From contig NC_068981.1 in assembly GCF_001194135.2 (NCBI RefSeq), positions 182,195,697 through 182,259,696 on the forward strand: a stretch of 64,000 bases of DNA, read 5' to 3'. Below are positions 27,511 to 38,790 of the stretch, in pieces. Below the pieces are notes generated by a model. That model made no database searches and was not told the origin of the DNA. It saw nothing but the letters and a program-made list of their open reading frames with translations. Made by a program: the position numbers and the translations under genes. The DNA comes from Octopus bimaculoides. Taxonomy: Eukaryota. Numbering within the stretch: position 1 is the first letter of the stretch; each line of letters begins with the position of its first letter.

Positions 27511-28178
27511 ACGTTCGGATAGTGCAATAATGTTGCAATAATCTAAAAAGATGATAATCAGATGGAGTAAAGTTAAGAGAGTGGCAGGGGAGGCAAAACT
27601 TCCATATTTGGTGCTGTAATCTTTTCCTGAGTCACTTGCATTATTATGTAAGAGCAACATCCTTTTACAGTTAACCAATGATGGACACATTTTCTGTGAA
27701 TTTCTGTGCAAGTCTTACAGTTCACAACAATACTTTTTTGTATCAGCTATTTCGTTTTTGTGTAACACTTTGTGATAGACAAACAACATTTTTCATATCC
27801 CACCAAACACAAAGCATAATATTTTTTATCATCATCATGTAACGCACGTTTTCCATGCTGGCATGGGTTGGACAACTGTATATTCTTGGTAATATATTCT
27901 GTTAATTATTAGTGCTTAGACATTCATTTAATTGTGATTAGCCTTTTTACAGAGTAAAGAGGCTTCATTTGTTGGTGTTTTTTTTTAATGTTATTTTTCA
28001 TGTAAGAATAGGAAAAAGGTATTGCAAATGAGAAATGACAATTGTTTCATTTGAGTATCGAAAAAAAAAATTTTTTTAAATTTAATGTTTTGTATAAAAT
28101 TTCATCTCTATGTTGCTAATAATAATGTTTTTGTTTTTTTTTCTTTCTTTTTTAATTACAGAGTTGCTCACTGACACC

Positions 28179-28356
28179 ATGTCAGCTCCACCACCACCTC
28201 CACCGCCATGTGCGCCCCCGCCTATGAAGTTGGGTTCCAAAAAACAAGCCAGTAATACTTCCAAGCCTGTTGATAGAAATGTTTTCCTCGGAGAGATTCA
28301 TAAAGGTACTAGACTCCGAAAAGCAGTTACCAATGACCGTAGTGCACCAGCAGTTG
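28179..28356 (+). CDS. WIPF: WIP/verprolin (WAS/WASL-interacting protein family) polyPro + WH2 exon (exon 28162-28356)
   Basis: MSAPPPPPPPPCAPPP...DRNVFLGEIHKGTRLRKAVTNDRSAPAV carries the WIP-family WH2 signature LKKxVTNDRSAP. Acceptor ttttaattacag|, donor G|GTGAGT (phase 1). The vertebrate paralogue cannot be assigned. Confidence 0.93.
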
Positions 28357-28551
28357 GTGAGTACAAGTTATTTCTTTATGTGTTTGTGTGTATTATTGAA
28401 AAAAATGCATAGAAATGGTTTTTCTGATAATTTTTCCACTTTATAAACATTTAATTATTAAAGTGGCAAAATTATCAGAAAAGCCATTTCTATTCATTTT
28501 TCATTTTTTCAAATATATATTACTGTACCAAAGACTTTCTATTTCTTATTT

Positions 28552-28587
<36 letters not shown>

Positions 28588-28690
28588 AATCCTCAAAAAA
28601 AGATGAACAAACACCAAAAAAACAACAATGCAAGGACATGGTTCATGTAATGTATTAGCAGACATTCAGGGAAGGAAAGAGCTCACACAT

Positions 28691-28859
28691 AAATGACAAA
28701 CATCTTAAATTCATTAGGCTTTGAATTGCTATAAAATGTTTTAACTTTAGGTGCTATAACACACACACACACACACATATATGTGTGTGTGTTATAGCAA
28801 CTAAAATTAAACATTTTATAGCAATTCAAAGCCTAGTGAATTTAAGACATTTGTCATTT
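28691..28859. repeat. Long near-perfect inverted repeat centred on a CA/TG microsatellite
   Basis: Left arm aaatgacaaacatcttaaattcattaggctttgaattgctataaaatg...; right arm is its reverse complement with few mismatches; centre catatatg. Confidence 0.9.
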
Positions 28860-29299
28860 GTTTTGTCTAAAATTGTTACAGACTTGATTGAAAATTTGAA
28901 TATCTAATTTATACATATTGTCTCTGATGCACTTCTTTATTGCCATTAACACCACACATTAAAGACAGTCAAGACAATTATATATTACTGTTACTTCTAC
29001 ACATATTTTCACAGCCAACACAACTGTATGTTCCAGTCATGTGAATCAGTCTCCAGTGTTTATGTGACCAGTGACCTGCTAGAAAAAGCAGTCAAAGTCC
29101 CATCAAGCAAATACTTATTGTCTAAACTTATCTAAAGAAAACGGTGCTGTTAGCCCTTTTTCTTTAGATAAGTGGCTAGTGTAATATACTCTCAGATACA
29201 CTCATTGAAATTAGAATTGGATGTTCATGTTTGGAAGGCTTTGATCATAGGTTTGCTTCATCAGAAACAAACTGTGATTAAACATCCCCTTCTGTTCAC

Positions 29300-29650
29300 A
29301 TTATCACAGCCAACAACTGTGTTACCATCATACATACTCACACTCCCACAAACAACACAACTATCCATTACTTTTGTGTACTCTCATTCTTGCAGTCTAC
29401 ACAACTATATATTTTCATCATATGTTTTTGTATTATCCCAGCTAATAATGACTGTATTACATTATCATTACGAATATTTGCATAATACCAGCCAATACAA
29501 GTGTGTCACTGTCTTGTGTACTTACATTATTCCAGCCGACACAGCTGTGTATTATTTCAACTGGTACACATATTATCTCCCTCAACAAAATTATGTGTTA
29601 CTCTCATGTATCTGTACTCAAATAAAACAAGCTCGCACAACTGTGGTATG
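29300..29650. repeat. Highly degenerate tandem array, unit about 45-50 bp
   Basis: Motif cagccracacaactgtgt recurs at roughly 45-50 bp spacing about eight times. Confidence 0.55.
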
Positions 29651-29902
29651 CAAATTAAGTTGCTCCAACTCTCTGAAACTACCTGATTTGCCATGTATAT
29701 AAACTGATTGGCTATTTGTTTCTCTGGGATTGATTCAAGAAGCGTAGACACCTGATGAGAATCCGAAAAAGTTTCAAAATCATTTAAGGATATTCATCAT
29801 TTTTGCAATCTATGGAGAATTAGTTTAATTTGCCATGTTTTTATGTCTATTGTGTAGCTTATGTATATTATATCATATTTTGATGCCGTGTGGATTGATA
29901 TT

Positions 29903-30272
29903 AAATAAGAGCACTCAGAGAGCACAAACCTTTGCCAAAGCAACACCAGCGTCCTCTCAACGATTAGCCAGAAATGATTTTTAAAATCATGAAATAAACT
30001 CAACTGCTCTTACAAACAAGAATACTAAAAGTGAACCCAACTGCTCTCAAAAATTAAGTAAAAAAAAACAGAAAAATAAACCAGAATCCTTGTCTGGTAC
30101 TGGATCAATCCCAAAATCTAATTGGTTTGTGCCAGTCATGAGGCCAAACATTCCAGAAAGTTTCATCCGAATCCATCTGGTGGTTCTTGAAATATTTTGT
30201 CCATGGAAAAGAAACAAATAAACAAACGCAACTAAAAACTATACCTCCGCCTTAACAAAGGCGGAGGTAATA
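29903..30272 (+). mobile_element. Helentron-associated non-autonomous element (HINE/DINE-1-like)
   Basis: 5' sub-TIR acctttgcc (29928-29936); 3' perfect 12-bp stem tacctccgcctt/aaggcggaggta (30242-30269) overlapping the partner sub-TIR; aagtttcat..aatcc core with aaac repeats. Confidence 0.75.
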
Positions 30273-32257
30273 AAGTGTTAAATACTTATAGTAAGCAAAT
30301 TAGTAGCTCCAGTTCTTGGTAGCAACTGGATTTGTTGAGCGTAAACAGATTAGTTGCTTACTTCTCTGACATTGGTCAAGTGATGTAGACACTTCTTATG
30401 AGAACCCAATGAGGTTCAAAAATCAATTTAAAGGTGTTCATCATTTTCCCAATCTACAGAAAAATAGTTGCCCTATTTGTATGTCTACTACATAGATTAT
30501 ATATATTGCTATCATATGTGTACTAACATATATCAATCATCTCTAGTTTATATTACCATTCTGTATTCTAACATTATCCCCAGCTGTGTATTCTTTCAAC
30601 TGCACACATGTTATCTTAGTCAACATAACTCTATACTGCAAATCAGGTCTCCTATACCATTATCACATTCTGCAACCACTAATCTCTAATTAAAACTCTA
30701 TCACCAAAAAAAATAACCATTTCTGTATCCACTTGTAGTTTTAAAGCAGGTCATTTGTTAATGTGTTTTGTTGGTCTAAAACTAACTTCACATTCTTTAT
30801 TCATTTAAGAGTGTATTTATGTTTACTTATATCTTTGCTGTTAACTAACTTTGCAGTGAGGCTAAAACAAAAACTGTTATGATGCATGTACTTTATCCCT
30901 ACTTTTGCTTCTAAATCTTTAGTGATTTGGTTGTTGACTATTAAATGGGGTCACATTTTTTTTGTACTGGATTCCAACTAAATATGACAATTTGGTTAGA
31001 AATTGTAAAGTGTTTTTCATTTTTTTTTTTTACTTAATCTAATGAGTGCTTATATCTAATTTAATCATCTCTTAAGCAAGTAGTGGGGTTAACTAACTGG
31101 ATATGATTAGTACAGTTTAATCTTCATTTTATATTCCTTCAGGTTAATCATTGTAAGGAAACAAGGAAACATAGACAGGGTACATGGTAAAATTTGTGTA
31201 GCCTTTCATTTGAGGGGAAAGTATCATTAATGGTTCAGTACTGGTGCTATCAGACATGCATCAAATATATGAACTGGCCAAAGTGTGTCAGCAATGTTTT
31301 GGTGTGAGACATTAAGCTATTGAAAGTATGGGAAATATTGATTTAATTATGTATTTTTAAATAATTACTCTCAAACAGCTATTTGTGTGTATATACATAG
31401 ATATGCGTATGTGTATTTTGTATTTAAAAAATATTTAGTACTATATGATAAGTCATTGACTTATTAAATGTTTCTGCCAATAATCAGAATCAAATATGTA
31501 TGTATGGATTGTTAAGCAGGAACTAATAAAAATGATCACAGAGTCTCTGCCTTTATTTGGATTCTCTGGTAAAGCGAATGCAATAGCAGAATAAGAATAG
31601 TATAAAAGATGTTAGGTTTACATTGTTGCTAGTTATTGATTAGATGGAAACACTGGTAATTAGGTACTGAGTTCCAGAGTGATACAGTTTTGAAGAAGAA
31701 AAATTTGACCTTGGTTTTAATAAGACATGTTGGGAAATATAGTTGGAGTGGTATTGTGAGAAACGAGTACAATGAGTGGGCTTAGGCAGACTGTACAAAA
31801 TCACATAAAGAAAAGAATGTAGAAGCCATTGTCATAGTACTTTGTTGAGGAGTGACACATAGCACCAGAGTTGGGTTTAGGGAATACTAGCATGTATTTA
31901 CACAGCAAGCTGACAGCCTTTTGGTTTCAAAATTCAGCCTGTTGTGTTTGTGTAAATGGTGAGTGCACTATCACAGGTGAGCGACCAATATTTGTGCACA
32001 TTAGGCCCTGTTCAGAGCTGTGACATGTTTTGGCCCCAATGAAGAAAATGCTTTAAAACAAATCTTTCAATACAATTCTAGCTTAGAAGAATTTCTATAA
32101 GAGATTGCCTAATGTTGTTTATATGTAGTGCTTTTTGCTGTGAAATGTTTGTATACTTTCCAAACTAATCCTTCATATTCCCAACTATGATTCTTTTTTG
32201 TTTCTTTGTTTTAACTCTGAATTTACATGTTTGAATTAATTTATATGAATTAATATG

Positions 32258-32334
<77 letters not shown>

Positions 32335-32402
32335 GTTTCACTGGCCTTTTAATTGCTGAATGTGTGTGTGCAGTTTGGACTTAACCTTATTTTTTTCTAT
32401 AG

Positions 32403-32513
32403 GAAATAAAAAGGCTTCACCGGCTTCAAAATACAATACAATAGGTGTACATACACATCGACAACAACATCAAGTGAAGGATAACGCATTATGGAGAAGA
32501 GGAAGCCAAGATG
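32403..32513 (+). CDS. WIPF: WIP-like gene cassette exon 2 (111 nt, phase 1/1): GNKKASPASKYNTIGVHTHRQQHQVKDNALWRRGSQD
   Basis: Acceptor cttaaccttatttttttctatag|, open in the phase left by exon 1, donor GATG|GTAGTT. Confidence 0.75.
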
Positions 32514-32859
32514 GTAGTTGACTGCTACATTAGTCCTGCACTGTGCATGTCTGATTAATTTTTTTGCTTAGTTTTTCATAGTTACGTGATATCATTGATT
32601 GCCATATTGTGCATGTTTTTTGCTCTTCTAACCTGACAAATGCTTTGTTTTTTTTTTGTTTTTGACTTTTTAGTTTGTCTCTGAGATGTTGTTATTAGGG
32701 TTCTTCATTAAGTTATTATCGTTTTATCCCTAAATTCAAAAATAGTATTTTTAATGATATGAATAATATCAATGGTACTGCAATTCTGAAGATAATAATC
32801 TTTAATGATAACAATAATGATGATGGACTCTCCTAACATATAACATGAGCATTCAACTT

Positions 32860-33115
32860 TTGCTGAATGACCTGCGCAAAAGATTTGTTTATTGTGATCA
32901 AATGTTTGTGCCACACATTTGCTCACTCTTTCCATCAAATCAACGTTATTTGAAGAGGTGCACTGTATACCACTTGTTACGTGCTGAGATGTTTGCAGAA
33001 CAACATGAGATGAAGTGTTTTGCTCAAGAACACAATACGCCACCTGGTTTAGGAACTGAAATCATGATCGCTAGTTTGTGAGTGCAACACCCTAACCACC
33101 AGGCAATGTTTCCTC
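32860..33115 (-). mobile_element. tRNA-head SINE (A-related)
   Basis: Reverse complement reads gcctggtggttagggtgttgcactcac...ttgtgttcttgagcaaaacactt; related copy at 49020-49320. Confidence 0.7.
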
Positions 33116-33149
33116 ACATAATAATAATAGTAATAATAATAATAATAAT

Positions 33150-33545
33150 AATAATCTTTTCTACTCTAGGCACAAGGCCTGAAATTTTTTGGTTGGGGTG
33201 CAATCGATTAGACCGACTCCAGTACAAAACTGGTACTTAATTCATTGACCCCGAAAGGATGAAAGGCAAAGTCGACCTCAACGAAATTTGAACTCAGAAC
33301 ATAAAGACAGACGAAATACTGCTAAGCATTTAGACCAGTGTGCTAACATTTCTGTTAGCTCGCCCTTCACATAATAATAATAATGATTTCAAATTTTGGC
33401 ACAAGGCCAGCAACTTCAGGGGAGGGTATAAGTCAATTACATTGACCCCCAGTATTCAGCTGATTCTTATTTTATTGACCCCGAAAGGATGAAAGGCATA
33501 ATCGAGCTTGTCAGAATTTGAACTCAGAACCTAAGGTCAGACAAA
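33150..33545 (-). mobile_element. Two tandem SINE-C copies
   Basis: Two successive reverse-complement copies, each preceded on + by (AAT)n. Confidence 0.85.
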
Positions 33546-33684
33546 AGGTCACTATAACAGTAATTAATTAATGATAATCAGCTTTTTACACTGCTTGAAG
33601 TACAACGACTTGGAGCACTATTTATTGAAAGTAGAATGGTGAATAAGTGTAATTATGTAATTTTGGGGGATAACTAAATTTATT

Positions 33685-34043
33685 TAGGTGCAGGCTTGGC
33701 TGTGTGGTGGTTTGTTTCCAAACCACATGGTTTCAGTTTTTGTCCCACTTGGACAAGTGTCTTCTGCTATAGCTTTGGGCTGACCAAAGGTTTGGGAGTG
33801 GACTTGATTGACAGAAACTGAGAGAAGCCTGTCGTGTGTGTGTGTGTGTTTTCTCCCACCAGCACTTGACAATTAGTTTTGGTTTGTTTATGTTCCTGTA
33901 ACTTAGCAGTTCAGCAAAATAGACCAATAGAACTGGCACTACACTTAAAACAAATAAGTATTGGCGTTGATTTGTTTGACTAAGTCCTTCAAGGTGGTGC
34001 TCCAACATGGCTGCAGTCCAATGACTGAAACAAGTAAAAGATT
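33685..34043 (+). mobile_element. SINE-B1
   Basis: Head, GT hinge and tail ending gactgaaacaagtaaaaga. Confidence 0.85.
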
Positions 34044-34260
34044 AAATTTTTTTATCCAGTGTTCTCTTGGTTCCAGTACCCATCAGTGATGATGGTATAA
34101 AAGTAATAATTTAACTCTCTACATTCTGAGTTCAAATCCAGCCAAAGGATTTGAATTTAGATTGTAAAGAGCCAGAACGCATACCTCAAAACATTTTCCC
34201 CTGGCATTTTCATGATTCTGCCACCTCATCATCATGATAATAATTATTGTTAATAATTAT

Positions 34261-34476
34261 GCAGTGAACTGGCAGAATCATTAATACATCACACAAACTG
34301 CTTAATGACATTTCATCTGGCTCTTTATGTTCTGAGCTCAAATTCCTCTGAGGATGATTTTGTCCTTCATCCTTTCAGAGTTGATGAAATAATGTACAAG
34401 TTAAGCACAGGGATTGATGTAATTGACTAGCTCCCTGTCCCCAAAATTTCAGGCCTTGTGCATATAGTTGAAAGGA
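34261..34476 (+). mobile_element. SINE-C copy whose (ATT)n tail abuts the R4/Dong element
   Basis: gcagtgaactggcagaatca...aaatttcaggccttgtgc..gaaaggatt. Confidence 0.8.
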
Positions 34477-35234
34477 TTATTATTGTTATTATTATTATTA
34501 TTGTTATTATTATTATTATTATTATTATATGAAAACTCACAGTTTATTTTGCTGGATATGATGGAAAGTGTCAGCTGTCCACAGCCAGTTGACTAAGGTG
34601 ACACTTGTTTACTGGTCATGCTTCAAGAATCTTGTGAAGAATTCTTGTAGTACCAAGCAATGCTGATTTTTGTAGGTGTTCTATCTTTACATGTGTACCA
34701 GTCTTTTGGAGCCATTTTGGTAGTTGAATGCTGTTACTTCCAAGTGTGCCAATTACTATTGGTATCATGTCTACTCTTCTCATTGATCACAACCTTCATA
34801 TTTCCCACTTCAAATCATTGTAGTTGTTTATTTTTTCTTCTTCGGTCTTTTTGATCCTGTTGTCATTGGGACATGCTATGTCAATTACCATGCATGTTCT
34901 TTTTTATTCACCACAACAATGTCCAGTTTCCGATGTCTGCTCTGGTGATCACACTGAATCATTGCATCTCACAGGATTTTGCAATTCTCATTCTCGGTGA
35001 CTCCTTCTAGAGTTTTCTCATACCACGTTTTTGCTCTTTGTAGGCTATGATTTCCACAGATTCCCAATGGATCATTCTTGCCACATTGTCACGTCGTCTT
35101 TTGTATTCATGCTATGCCAATTTGAGGCTTTTGCTAATGATGTGCTGTACCATTCACATGCATTTGTTGCTATTGGTAGTGTTGTCTATTCTGCACTTCA
35201 CACAGTTGGTCCTTAATGCTTGTTCTTGAGCTGT
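34476..35234 (-). mobile_element. R4/Dong-clade non-LTR retrotransposon 3' fragment (RLE endonuclease), degenerate
   Basis: Minus strand with stops and frameshifts reads AQEQALRTN...EYKRRRDNVARMIHWE..WYEK...ENENCKIL*D..RKLDIVV...VIDIACPND..EEEKINNYNDL..IPIVIGTLG..LQKSALLGTTRIL; stop at 34616-34618; (TAA)n tail. Confidence 0.85.
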
Positions 35235-35236
35235 AC

Positions 35237-35480
35237 AGGTGAGCTGGCAGAATCATTAGCACACCAGGCAAGATGCTTTGTGGTATTTCACCCATTACTA
35301 TGTTCTGAGTTCAAATTCCGCCGAAGTTGACTTTGTATTTCACCCTTTTGGGGTCAATAAATTAAGTAGCAGTGAAACACTGGGGTCAGTGTAATCAACT
35401 AGTCCCCTCCCACAAAATTTCAAGCCTTGTGCCTTCAGTAGAAAGGATTTTTATTATTATTATTATTATTATTATTACAT
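35237..35480 (+). mobile_element. SINE-C copy with (ATT)n tail
   Basis: aggtgagctggcagaatcattagcac...gaaaggatttttattattat. Confidence 0.85.
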
Positions 35481-35811
35481 TTGTTTGTTTTTAATGTCTT
35501 TTACACCTATATAATTTAGCAATAAATTTTACATGATAAAGCAACATATACACAGGTGTATGAATAATTGTGTCCACAACAGTAGTATAGCTGTGACAGT
35601 GGTGGTGGGTCAGCCCCGGACATCACTTTTATGGAGGTGGCACTTTTGTGTCTGCTGTATAAGGTCGTATAGGTTGGGGTTGGGAGTGGGGTGCAAACTT
35701 AAGCACTCTCCCAGGAGGCACATTCTAGGTTTGCCACTGATCCCACCATCACATTTACTATGACATTAGTTGTTTTTTAGTTGTTTTCCTACGTTCTTTG
35801 AGTTCTTTACA

Positions 35812-36032
35812 TTAACCCTTTAGCATTCAGATTACTCTGTCAAATGTTATGCCTATTTATTTCAGTTAATCATACATTATCTCACAGCTTCAAGATTACA
35901 ATGATGTGATCGCTTATTTTTTTTAGAAAGACATTGTAAGGTAGGCATGAGAAGTCAGATCTGGTCAATTTGAACATGATACAGCTACAATATTTAGGCC
36001 AGACAAAGCCAATTTAAATGCTAAACGATTAA
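35812..36032. mobile_element. TTAA-flanked (piggyBac-type) MITE
   Basis: TTAA-ccctttagcatt ... aatgctaaacga-TTAA; opposite orientation to 12164 and 17405. Confidence 0.85.
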
Positions 36033-36204
36033 TTTTAATTGGAATAATTTTGTTTTACTAAATGGGTAGTTTTATGCAAGATCAGTTACTATTTCACTTG
36101 TATATTTTCTCAGTATAATAACAAGTATATTAATGTATATTATGCAAACAATAAAATACATATTAGTAAGATCAGTTTCGTTCAGCTCTCTAACTTCACT
36201 AATA

Positions 36205-36309
36205 TTACTAATAGCTACTTTTATAAGCAGTTTTCATTTATTACTAATAGCTACTTTTATAAGCAGTTTTCATTTATTACTAATAGCTACTTTTATAAAC
36301 GGTTTTCAT
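36205..36309. repeat. 36-bp tandem repeat, about 2.9 copies
   Basis: Unit ttactaatagctacttttataagcagttttcattta starts at 36205, 36241 and 36277. Confidence 0.95.
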
Positions 36310-37418
36310 AAAATTTTACTATAAGCAACTCAAAATGGAAATGCTTCAATAACGATAGACATTTTAATAGAACTTTCATGTTAACATTTTTTTCTTCTAT
36401 CTTGCTAAATTGAAAGCAGCTTCAATAACAACAAGTACACCGAATTGAATTTGCCATCTGCTAATGAGCTTCTTATATCATTAACACTTGCTGCTCTAGT
36501 TAGTTTGCTCTTGTTGACTAAACTAAGTTGCTGCAGACAACAGAGATAATTAATTTTATTCTTTATTGTTCCAGCATTGATTTATCAACTTTGTATTTCA
36601 AATGATCATAATTGGTAAAAATTTTAATGAATGGGAAAAAACAGTTTCTCATTCTTTTGTCACTTTACTTTATTTCCGTGTGCATTTGTTAGTAATCTTC
36701 ACAAACAGCTAAAAAGAATTTTTCCCCCTTTCGTTTTTTAAAATATTAGTTCCAAGTTAAATATGTGTATATTTGCACTTTTTTTTTTTTTGCACTTGTA
36801 TTGTATATATTTCCTTGAAATGCTAAAATGAATTTTTTGTCTGTGTGTGTGTATGTATACACTTGTAGTTATTCTTTCTGTTTTTATAAATTTTGTAAGG
36901 AAAATATTTTAATAGAATATTTATGTTTTTACATATAATCTTTTACAGCTGAAACTACTTTTATGAAATGATTTAAATTAGTTTTGTAATAAAATACTTA
37001 TGTATCTCTAATTCAGTAGACATAGCTTGTGTATATGCCTGCATGCTCATGTGCATGTATGTGTACACAATGTAGTCTTATTTTTATTTTTAATATCTTT
37101 TATGGTAATGCAGTTTCTAAAATACTTTGCCTAAGTCATTTTCTTCAGAAAGCATTAAATTCTAATGAACATAATTTTTTTACTGTATATTCTCTATTAT
37201 GCATTTACAGTGTATTTTCTAAACTATATTTCTTATCTAATATTTAAAATGTGTATTTTGATACTGAAACCTGGTGTGATCTTTGTATAGTACTTGTTTT
37301 GAGATTTTATTTTTCTTTCTACCACCAAAACAAATTAATTTTGTTATGAAATATCCATTTAATGCTAACATAATATATATATGTATACACTTTGAAATTT
37401 CTGTTTTTCACTTTGCAG

Positions 37419-37760
37419 ACTGTTCAGCTATATTAATTCAAAGGAAGAAAATCCTTGAGAAAAAACAAAAAAATGTGATATCCAATCACAAAATAAACCC
37501 AATCAATAATAATGCTAAGTCAAGTTATTCACTTACAGCTGCCACCAAGAACACTGGTCTCCAAAATAATTTGCCTGTTTTATCAAAAACTCTTCCAGCT
37601 AATATTTCTCATAGCAATGATCTTAGTCATGGTCTTAACTACAATCAAACTAACAGTGATTCTGTAAACAATAATGAGTTTAACAAACCAATAGACTGGT
37701 ATATAAAACGGGGCCTTAATGAGTCTAACACACGTTGGATTTCAAATCTGAAGAAAAAGG
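37419..37760 (+). CDS. WIPF: WIP-like gene cassette exon 3 (342 nt, phase 1/1), N/S/K-rich
   Basis: Acceptor ctgtttttcactttgcag|, 114 open codons (DCSAILIQ...RWISNLKKK), donor AAGG|GTATAA. Confidence 0.75.
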
Positions 37761-37964
37761 GTATAATTATTATTGTTGTTTATAGCTTAGTTAACCCTTG
37801 CCTTTTGCCTATTCAGTGAGTCTTTTGTCAGCCTTGCACTAAAATGGTTTTTATCCTCTTCACCTGTTTTAAATTAAAACCTTTTTTTTTTTTTGTTTCT
37901 TTCTAGCTTTTCCCTATATATTGTTGGTATTTTCCCTAGTGCAAGTTACAGTTATTTTATAGAC

Positions 37965-38420
37965 ACTGGTGTGGCTGTATGATAAGAAGTTTGCTTCCCA
38001 ACCACACGGTTTCCGGTTCAGTCCCACTGCATAGCTACTCAGGAAAGTGTCTGCTATTATAGCTCGAGGTTAACCAAATCCTTGAGAGGATTTGGTAGAC
38101 AGAAACTGAAAGAAACCTGACAAATGTGTATGTGTATGTATGAAAGTATGTATGTATGTGTATAAATGTGTGTGAGTGTTACTGTTCTCTTGTCTTGATA
38201 TTGTATGACAGTTGTAAATGAGTTTCACTGTCATATAAGCGGCACCTTTCATTTCCAAGTTTCCATGAAAACAGTCTTATAGTGGGGAAATATTACCTTA
38301 CTTGGAAATAAATGAGGGTTGGCAAGAGGAAGAGCACTTGGTTGTAGAAAATCTGCTTCAACAGATTTTGCCCAACCCATGTAAGCAGGGATAAGTGGAT
38401 GTTAAAATGAGGATAACAAG
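37965..38420 (+). mobile_element. SINE-B2
   Basis: B head, microsatellite and RTE-type tail. Confidence 0.75.
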
Positions 38421-38790
38421 GATTTTTTAGCTCTGGGCTTTTCATTTTTTTTTTTTTTTACATTAAGCTGTTTTCTGTGGTTTCTTTCAATCTGTTTGTT
38501 TCATGAATATCATGGAACTTATATAATTATCATGGATGTCAGGAAAAAATATAGAAAATTATGCAGGTCCCTCTTAGACGAATAATTTTAGAATACACAG
38601 GTCTGGCTGTGTGGCTAAAAAGCTTGCTTTCCAATTATGTAGTTTGGGATTGAGGTACACTGAACAGCACTTCAGGCAAGTGCCTTCTTTGATAACATAG
38701 GGCCAACCAATGCTCTGTGAGTGGATTTGGTAGGCAGAAAAGGAAAGAAACCTATTGTATATATATGTATGTATATATGTGTGTGTATAT

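Noticed and set aside
29172-29702. 176-aa ORF
   Set aside because: No recognisable domain or convincing splice sites; overlaps a degenerate tandem array.
35580-35739. Possible hAT MITE (cagtagtatagc ... ctaggtttgccactg)
   Set aside because: TIRs are degenerate, no TSD, single copy in the window.
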